Of a stretch of DNA of 64,000 bases, positions 54,641 to 64,000 are shown piece after piece. How positions within the stretch are numbered: position 1 is the stretch's first letter; every line of letters begins with the position of its first letter. The notes under the pieces were generated by a model. The model was not told the DNA's origin. It was given only the letters and a program-made list of their open reading frames with translations, and ran no database searches. Both the position numbers and the translations under genes were made by a program. Source of the stretch: Octopus vulgaris (taxonomy: Eukaryota); contig OX597826.1 of NCBI GenBank assembly GCA_951406725.2, forward strand, positions 66,340,001 through 66,404,000, in the 5' to 3' direction.

Positions 54641-55049
54641 GGCGCAGGAGTGGCTGTGTGGTAAGTAGCTTGTTTACCAACCACATGGTTCCGGGTTCTG
54701 TCCCACTGCGTGGCACCTTGGGCAAGTGTCTTCTACTATAGCCTCGGGCCGACCAAAGCCTTGTGAGTGGATTTGGTAGACGGAAACTGAAAAAAGCCCG
54801 TCGTATATATATATATATGTATATATATGCGTGTTTGTGTGTCTGCGTTTGTCCCCCTAGCATTGCTTGACAACCGATGCTGGTGTGTTTATGTCCCTGT
54901 TACTTAGCGGTTCGGCAAAAGAGGCCGATAGAATAAGTACTGGGCTTACAAAAGAATAAGTCCTGGGGTCGAGTTGCTCGATTAAAGGCGGTGCTCCAGC
55001 ATGGCCGCAGCAGTCAAATGACTGAAACAAGTAAAAGAGTAAAAGAGTA
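54641..55049 (+). mobile_element. SINE family A
   Basis: Full-length copy. Confidence 0.92.
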
Positions 55050-55498
55050 ATAGCACATCCCTACGACGACAACGACTACGACCACCACCACCACCACCAC
55101 CATCACCATTTAAGCCTGTCTGTTTTTATTGTAGTAGTAAACCATAGAGAGAGCTATGGTAATGTGCAGAGAAGACAAAGTGAGTTAGTGAAAGTGAGAG
55201 AGTGTGAGATGGGTCTCATAGCTGCTGACGGTAAATTTCATTTCTCCATTTGACCAATGTCTTTAGTAGCTGCCTTGCTTGTGATCATGGTTCTAGCGTT
55301 CCGCTCCCTAACTGATGGTAGCTGTCTCCGACTCGAGTTGTCCCTCATTAACTAATTGATTGACTTGTTACGAACCGACTAACTGAGTTATCACCAAGGG
55401 ATTAACTGAGCCTTCACCAAGTGACTGAGTTGTCACCAAAAGACAGTAATTTCCCTTTGTTTTAACGGTCATTTTCATAGTATTTTTTTCGATGGCCC

Positions 55499-55559
55499 GA
55501 TAACTGAAGAGATGTCGGCGTGGGTTCCCGCCCCGACATCCGAAACTCGGAGTTTTATC
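55499..55559 (+). ncRNA. Type I hammerhead ribozyme, canonical core
   Basis: gataa-CTGAAGA-gatgtcgg...ccgacatc-c-GAAA-ctc.g.gag-TT-ttatc; 5-bp stem I, strong GC stem II, GUU triplet. Confidence 0.82.
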
Positions 55560-55680
55560 ATGGCTACCGAATAATTGCCACATATTATATTTACAAATAA
55601 ATTCCTCTATTTACATAATATCGAGGTCTCTTTCATTGTTTTGTTGTCTTGCCATTTCTATCAATATATATATATATATA

Positions 55681-56699
<1,019 letters not shown>

Positions 56700-57202
56700 G
56701 TCTTGTAATTCTCCTTGTCCTGTCTTTTACTGTTTATATTTTGTACTGTCGTTACTATCCTGTTTTTGTTACCATTTTTACCCCTCCGCAAAAAGATTCC
56801 AAATTTTATTTAATTTGCTTTTCGCGGGAAGGAAAGTTTCTATCGAAGATGCGTATCGCCTTCACCTTCGTAACGCAGAGTAGATGAAACCATGGCGACT
56901 GAAGAAGGGGAATTTTCCTTGTGTTATTTGTCCTGTACTCTATTTTTTCGTTGTTTAAGAAAAATGTCCAGTTCCTTGGTTTTGTGTTATGTTTTCGTTT
57001 CTCATTGTGTTCGACGTTCTTTTCGTGTCCTGTACCCATATATGCATGTATATATACATGTAGAGGTAGGTACGTACATATATGTATGTATATATGCATA
57101 TGTTTTATTTATTAATTTATATATATAAATACTTTATTAAAAAGCAGCAAAAATATTCAGAACAGCTCTTACTCAGTGTTTCACGTTCCCGTCAAATCGA
57201 AC

Positions 57203-57261
<59 letters not shown>

Positions 57262-58045
57262 ACAAACATGTATGTATGTATGTATTTATGAACGCCGGCA
57301 ATGTTGAGAGAGTTTCAATATCCCCGAAAGAAGTTCCGAACCTTGCAATGTGACTAATGGGGGGAATCTTAACCCTTTTAATACTTACAAGAAAGTCAAC
57401 ACACATATTCAGCAGATCTCGCTGACATAACAGCACTCACTGAACTTAACCGATTCTTCTCAGAGAAACAATCACTGTCATTGTTTTGCCGTTTCCGTCT
57501 CTTACTCTCTCCCTCTCTCTCGCACACTCTCTCTCTCACACACACAAACTCTCTCTCTGACACACGCCCTCTCTTTCTCTCTCTCCATTTGTCTGTTGTC
57601 TATATATCAATGTGGGTGTATTGGCACGCTTGTATGTATGTATGTATGTATGCATGTATGTATGTATGTATGTATGTATGTATGTATGTATGTGTGTGTG
57701 TGTATGTATGTATGTAAGTATGTATGTAAGTATGTACGTGTGTATGTATGTATGTATGTGTGTATGTACGTGTGTATGTATGTGTGTATGTATGTATGTA
57801 TGTTTGTATGTGTGTGTATGTATGTGTGTATGTATGTGTGTGTGTATGTATGTATGTATGTGTGTATGTACGTGTGTATGTATGTATGTATGTATGTATG
57901 TATGTATGAATGAATGAATATGTGTGTATGTATGTATGTGTGTATGTACGTGTGTATGTATGTGTATGTATGTATGTGTGTATGTATGTATGTGTGTGTA
58001 TGTATATATGTATGTGTGTATGTATGTATGCTTGTATGTATATAT

Positions 58046-58157
58046 ATCACCGTGATCTACCAGGCTATCAGATGTTGCTACACATCGCTGGTCATAATGC
58101 GCTTCGCATTGTTTTAGCCTTCGAATGACGCCACCCCGCTGGCTAGGCGAGCAGGCC

Positions 58158-58158
<1 letters not shown>
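58046..58158. repeat. Family G repeat, copy 2
   Basis: Homologous to 29797-29915. Confidence 0.8.
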
Positions 58159-58239
<81 letters not shown>

Positions 58240-58844
58240 CTACGTATGTTTGAATTATGTATGTATGTACGTGTGTGCCTGCAAGTGTGTGTGTATGTAG
58301 TGGGGAGGAAGTCGCGTAGCTTAGTTGTCAATGTGTTGGTCTCCCGAGAGCTGTGCGTTCGATACCCGGACTAGTTGTTGTGTTACATCTTTGAGTAAAA
58401 CCCTTTATTTCACGTTATTCCTGACTACACAACTGAAGACGAATACCAGACGAGTACTTGTGCAGACTTTTACTTTCCAGCAGTCGCCTTCTTGATGTCC
58501 CACTGAGACAAAGTAGCTACACAGGCACCTAATAGAATTTGCGAAAGCATGGTACATGACATCAAGCCATATTCGACCGCGAGTGAAGATTTCAATTTGT
58601 ATGTATATAGGTACTTTATGTATGTATGTATGTATGTGTATGTATGCGCGGCGACGTGGAAATGTCTCGGGTGGTGTCCAGGCGCGCGGTTGCCCACTGG
58701 AAGTGGGAGGCCTCTCTGCTGTTACCACAAAATCTCGCTAGGAGAGGGAAACTCTGAAAGAAAACCTGCGAAACTGAGAATATTCGATGTTATAGACTAG
58801 TTCTTATTTTCGAGTTTATGTTATTCATGTTCATAGAGCGGGAT

Positions 58845-59150
58845 GCTTTTTTGTTCCTTCTCGACCCACGCCTGGCTCATAAGGGCCGGTTTCCCGGTTT
58901 TCTTGGCGTATAGGTTCCCCACCTGGACGGGACGCCGGTCCGTCGCAGGTGAGCTGCAAGATGCTGGAGGAAAGAGTGAGAGAAAGTTGTGGCGAAAGAG
59001 TCAGCAGAAGTTCGCCATTACCTTCTGTCGGAGCCGCGTGGAGCTTAGGTGTCTCGCTCATAAATTCACACATCACTCGGTCTGGGATTCGAACCCGCGA
59101 TCCCTCGACCGCGAGTCCGCTGCTCTAACCACTAGGCCATGTGCATCCAC
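58845..59150 (-). mobile_element. SINE family D
   Basis: Perfect 12-bp TSD ATAGAGCGGGAT (58833-58844 and 59152-59163). Confidence 0.93.
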
Positions 59151-59344
59151 TATAGAGCGGGATTGGATCTGTGCAAACCCTTTCCCTACTACAAAAAATC
59201 ATCATGCATAGGCATCGCTTGAAAAAAAAAAAAAGTAAAACCTATCACAAAAATGGCTGGTCGTAGTCTTCGTATGTGCGGGACTTTCGATCAGGCGATG
59301 GCAATACTCGAACACGTGTTTGCCGTCATCATGTATGTGTGTCT

Positions 59345-60240
59345 CTTCTATTTTATTAATTATTATAAATCTTCTACTGAGGAGGGAAGCCGGTTTCCAA
59401 CATAGATACAAGTCTCCATCTTTGGGATGTAGTTAGCACAAACATATTCACATTTGGAACTTGAGCATATTTTTACCGTCTCACTCACAGATTGCAATTG
59501 TAATGTACGGATTAGCCGGTCGATTTCTCTTTCTGAAAATCCCAGTTTATCCAGATTCTCCTTTAAGCATTTACTAACAAAACATAGTGCTCCAATTATT
59601 ATTGGTATGGATATGAATTCATAGTCTGGATATAGAAGCTGAAGGTTTCGAAGCAGTTGTCCGTAGATATCCTCTTTTTCTTTGATTTTCAGATATATTT
59701 ATATCTGCAGGGCAGCTGACCTCTATGATGGTACATAATTTTGCCTCTCTGTCCCAAACAACAGTATCTGGACTGTTGTTTACATTTGACTGAAGTTTTG
59801 ATGAGAATATCCCACCAGTATTCCTTGAGTTGGTCTTTATGAATGTATTCCATAACAGATGGATTTTCTAAGCTTATTTCAGGACAGTCTTTTTTTACGG
59901 ACTGCTTTGTAAATTGTCTTAGCAAGAACATCGTGCCGCACAGGGAGGTAGTACCGTGACAATGTTTTAGGACAGCTGCTAATCACATGCGTAATGTCTT
60001 CCACAGAAACATGACATAGTTTACACATGCAGTTGTACCTTGGGATTACAAGAGTGTCACTGTCTCTCTTGTTCACCAGGCACTTTGTGGCAATCTCCTG
60101 TTCCTGGATTGCAAACGCATAGCCTTCAAAGTGTGATGTGATGTGGTGGTCTTGTGTCTACGAGAGGCTGCGTTTCATGTCAATTCTACTGTCTTCTTCA
60201 AGCTTCCGGGCAACATACCCATGCATAGTCTTTTTTTTTA
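59345..60240 (-). mobile_element. RLE-type non-LTR retrotransposon fragment (CCHC knuckle plus restriction-like endonuclease)
   Basis: AIQEQEIATK, CKLCHVSVEDITHVISSC, YLPVRHD, EYWWD, PDTVVWD..IIEVSCP, LLYPDY..IPIIIGAL; frameshifted. Confidence 0.9.
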
Positions 60241-60504
60241 AATTATGTATTTTATATATTGTATACACGCATATTTGTATAAATGTATATAAGTGTGTAT
60301 TCTGTGTATGCATGTATGAATGCATTTTATATATGCAAGTATGTATAAATGCATGTTTTTATGTATGTATGCATGTATTTATTTATGCAGGTATGTATGC
60401 ATATATGTATGTATCAATTGCTAGCAAGGACATAGTATTTCGTTATGTAACCTCAATATACTTTCAAATAAACGAAAGATTTACAAGTCAATATTTTGTC
60501 TTAC

Positions 60505-60611
60505 CTCTGTGTTAGCAGTGCGATGTTGTCATGTTTAAGTTTATCTCTACAGATTCTCTATAGAATTCAGAGCCAGCACAGAAAGCCACGAGGCTTCCTA
60601 TACGAATACGT
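60505..60611 (-). other. Candidate exon with canonical splice sites
   Basis: Pyrimidine tract ...tcctttatatag|ACG...CAGAG|gtaaga; all three frames contain a stop. Confidence 0.25.
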
Positions 60612-61140
60612 CTATATAAAGGAGATCGAAGATAGAAAAATTTAGTGGGTGTATATGCATATTTCAAGAGTCATTGCTGTTTCATCAGTACCATATGCAA
60701 CACATCAGCTATCTACAGACACATTGCGTAAATAGCCACTACGTTTAGTGGTGTAACACTATTCGATAGGCCACCCATGTGACGTGCATCTCAACGATTA
60801 AGGTTAATGATGTTAGTGATGCTGCAGCTATTTCTATATTTATGTGTTTTTCTTTGTTTGTTCGGGTTCATTGTAGAAGATAGTGTTTTGCACTAGTGGT
60901 CTAGAGTTTGTACCTGTCTGGGGGATTTGATGTTGATTTTTAAACAGTTATTGGGAGCATGGAGGGTTAAGCTTGCTGCAGAAACAAACCGTTTCCTTCG
61001 AATATTCTTTCACTTTTATTATTTTTCATTTCGTTGTTATGGTGGAGAGTTTTCAGAATCCTTAGCATGTCGGGCGAAATACTTAGCGGCATTTCATCTG
61101 TTTTTGCGTTCTGAGTTCAAATTTCTTCTACAATACACAG

Positions 61141-61560
61141 GGCGCAGGCGTGGTTGTGTGGTAAGAAGCTTGCTTACCTATCACATGGTTCCGAGTTCAG
61201 TCCCACTGCGTGGCACCTTGGGTAAGTGTCTTCTACTATAGCCTCGGGCTGACCAAATCTTTGTGAGTGTATTTGGTCGACGGAAACTGAAAGAAGCCCG
61301 TCGTATATATATATGTACATATCTATGTGTGTGTGTGTCTTTGTTTCTGTGTTTGTTCCCCTCCCCATCACCGCTTGACAATCGGTGTTGGTGTGTTTAT
61401 GTCCCAGTAGCCTAGCGGTTCAGCAAAAGAGACTGATAGAATGAGTACTAAGCTTAAAAAAAACTGGGGTCGATTTTTTTCGACTAAAACCCCTCAAGGC
61501 GGTGCTCTAGCTTGGCCGCAGTCAAGTGACTGAAGCAAGTAAAAGAATAAAAGAATAAAA
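61141..61560 (+). mobile_element. SINE family A
   Basis: Full-length copy. Confidence 0.9.
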
Positions 61561-61710
61561 TATTTTAATGTGTATGGGGAGAGTCATTCTCTTTTAGTGC
61601 CTCATTATTTAAATCACTCACCGGTTCGATTTCCACTTATGTACTTTTTCTAATGATTATTGAAAAGGTTGCAAGACGCAACGAAAACTTTAGCAAAAAA
61701 TAAATACATA

Positions 61711-61862
61711 GGCTGTGTGGTAAGTAGCTTGCTTACGAACCACATGGTTCCGGGTTCAGGCCCACTGCGTGGCACCTTGGGCAAATGTCTTCTTCTATAG
61801 CCTCGGGCCGACCAAAGCCTTGTGAACGAATTTGGTAGACGGAAACTGAAAGAAGCCCGTCG

Positions 61863-61896
<34 letters not shown>

Positions 61897-61904
61897 TGTA
61901 TGTA

Positions 61905-61940
<36 letters not shown>

Positions 61941-62172
61941 TGTATGTATATATATATATATCTGTGTGTGTATATATATGTTTGTTCCCCAATATCACTT
62001 CACAACCGATGATGGGGTGTTTACGTCTCCGAGACTTAGCAGTTCGGCAAAAGAGACCGATAGAATAAGTACTAGGCTTACAAAGAATAACTCCTGGGCT
62101 CGATTTACTCGACTAAAAAGGCGGTGCTCCAGCATGGCCACAGTCAAATGACTAAAACAAGTAAAAGAGTAA
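61711..62172 (+). mobile_element. SINE family A
   Basis: Copy with (TATG)n spacer. Confidence 0.9.
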
Positions 62173-62370
62173 GTAAATGAGTGGAAATCGGACCGGTGTG
62201 TGTGTTAAATAATAATACACTAAAAGACTCTCCCCAGACACAATAAAATATGTTTCATCACACGAATCCACATAAAGAATCTTACAAATAAAATACAAAA
62301 ACGAAATAAAATATTTTAATTTTTCATTATACAATTCCCAATAATCTTTAATCATAAAAATACAATAGGG

Positions 62371-62695
62371 TTATTTACATTATTTACATTTGACGGATAT
62401 TTGTCTTCATCTTGTTTGTTGTTAAAACAATATTTCGGCTGGTATACTCTCCATCCTTCATCAGGTGTCCTGGGGAAATTTCGAACCTGGATTGTCATTC
62501 CTAAGGTATTCTTCCGATGTTATTATTATTCAGGTAATTACCTGGAATCGAACTCGGAATCTTGGGGTTTGTTGCCTGCGCTCTTAACCATTACGCCATA
62601 TGCCGAAACGTTGTGTTAACAAGAAACAAGATGAGGACAAATATCCGTCAAGTGTTAATAATGTACATAATTCCCCATCTCTCAAATATAGAACT
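62371..62695 (-). mobile_element. tRNA-headed SINE-like element ending in a hammerhead, with an inverted copy of its 3' end
   Basis: Minus strand: A box TGGCGTAATGG and B box GAGTTCGATTCC, then acac-CTGATGA-agg...gcc-GAAA (62468-62425); 62377-62439 is inverted at 62602-62666. Confidence 0.72.
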
Positions 62696-62700
62696 ATCGT

Positions 62701-62928
62701 GGCACTCCGTCGGTTACGTCGACTAGGGTTCCAGTTGAACTGATCAACGGAACAGACTGCTCGTGAAATTAACGTGCAAGTGGCTGAGCACTCCACAGAC
62801 ACGTGTACCCTTATCGTAGTTCTCGGGGAGATTCAGCGTGACGCAGAGTGTGAAAAGACTGGCCCTTTGAAATATAGGTACAACAGAAACAGGGGGAAAG
62901 AGAGAAAGTTGTGGTGAAAGAGTACAGC
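62701..62928 (-). mobile_element. SINE family C, 3' half
   Basis: Matches the tail of the 4420 copy. Confidence 0.85.
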
Positions 62929-62946
62929 ATATATATATATACATAT

Positions 62947-63109
62947 GACAGGTTTCTTTTAGTTTCCGTCTACCAAATCCTCTCACCAGGCTTTGGTCGG
63001 CCCGAGGCTCTAGTTGAAGGACACTTGTCTAAGGTGCTGCGCAGTGGGACCGAACCCAGAACCATGTAGTCGGAAAGCAAATTTCTTACCACACGTCCAC
63101 GCCTGCGCC
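62947..63109 (-). mobile_element. SINE family A, head half
   Basis: GGCGCAGGCGTGG head up to the microsatellite spacer. Confidence 0.85.
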
Positions 63110-63124
63110 TATAAAATGAACAGA

Positions 63125-63196
63125 TGATTCGGGCGGGAGTCGAACCTGTATCGACTGCTTGGAAGGCAACCATGTTAACAATTACACCACCGTCGC
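63125..63196 (-). pseudogene. tRNA-Gly(TCC) pseudogene
   Basis: GCGACGGTGGTGTAATTGTTAACATGGTTGCCTTCCAAGCAGTCGATACAGGTTCGACTCCCGCCCGAATCA: Gly anticodon arm TGC-CTTCCAA-GCA intact, but acceptor and T stems mispaired and D-loop GG lost. Confidence 0.85.
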
Positions 63197-64000
63197 CCCA
63201 CACAAGTAAATGTGTGCGAGCTGTTCTGGTTATTCTTCGCGTTTTGCCAATTTGTACGTAACGCCTAGTATTTTTGTGTTCCGTGTGTGCGGCATCTCTA
63301 TGTTATTGGCTATGATTGACAGAGGCGGACCCAAAGGGGGTGGTGGTGCTGAGGGGAACGTGCCACCTCCTCCTCAAGAAAAGAAATGCTCGCTTCTAAA
63401 TAATGTTGTTATGCCTTTTTCTCCTGGAATTGTATTCCCTTCTGACATTGTGTCCGCCTTTCGAAAAATTCCTGAGACCGCGCCCGACTGACTCTTGTAT
63501 TTGATGCTCCATGTCACTGCTTCCCAATCATTTCATCCCCTATAAACCCCTTTGGTTCCTATTTTATTCGGGTGGATCCCCATAACCATTCCTAGTATTA
63601 AAAATCTTATTGTATTTTTATAGTTGAATATTTTTAGGAATTGTATCGATGCCAATATGCAAAAGTGTCGTAAATCCAAAACGTTGCTTTTGTCAGAAAA
63701 CAACAAAAAAAAAAATAGTTTCACCATTCCATTTCATTTTACATTAGCAACAGTTTCAACTTAACAATAATACTTTGTTGGGTGCATAAAATCGAAACTC
63801 CATGCATGTTTGATATTTCCAGTCAGAAATAGTTTTGCAAAACTGTCGTTTGTGGGACTTACTACATTTTGCAAAATGCTAAACTGTTGTACTACACTTT
63901 GACAATTTTTCATATCATGGCATCTGAAACAGCTGGAGATACGATAGTTTGACCAAAAGAACCTGTGATTGCAAACAAAGTTAAATATTGAAAAAAAAAA

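Noticed and set aside
56850-56925. TCGCC...GGCGA-CTGAAGA-AGG..CCTT as a type III hammerhead
   Set aside because: No GAAA or stem III after stem II
57160-57203. acg-ggaa-cgt-GAAA-cactgag-TA (minus strand), HHR 3' half
   Set aside because: CUGANGA absent and element truncated by (CA)n; plausible relic but not counted
60505-60546. DKLKHDNIALL resemblance to a kinase subdomain
   Set aside because: Too short; no in-frame neighbouring exons

Overview
Eukaryotic, AT-rich DNA that is almost entirely repeats. The SINE families and very heavy microsatellite load suggest an octopus/cephalopod genome; this is my inference and was not database-checked. I can support no intact host protein-coding gene: nearly all listed ORFs are microsatellite or SINE read-throughs. 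Contents: four tRNA-headed SINE families in many copies; decayed CR1-like, RTE-like and RLE-type (R4/Dong-like) LINE fragments; decayed Tc1, mariner and Merlin transposase genes; several MITEs; a non-autonomous Helitron; a ~4 kb 86-bp satellite with higher-order structure; a tRNA-Gly(TCC) pseudogene; and three weak candidate minus-strand exons. The main hidden signal is about a dozen minimal type I hammerhead ribozyme (HHR) motifs in at least six different short non-coding repeat families. These families have direct or inverted terminal repeats, as in Penelope-like/retrozyme elements. They include a family with a consistent non-canonical CUGUNGA core, a 455-bp permuted unit, and a tRNA-promoter-headed SINE-like element ending in a hammerhead. 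All alignments and folds were done by eye, so boundaries are approximate.
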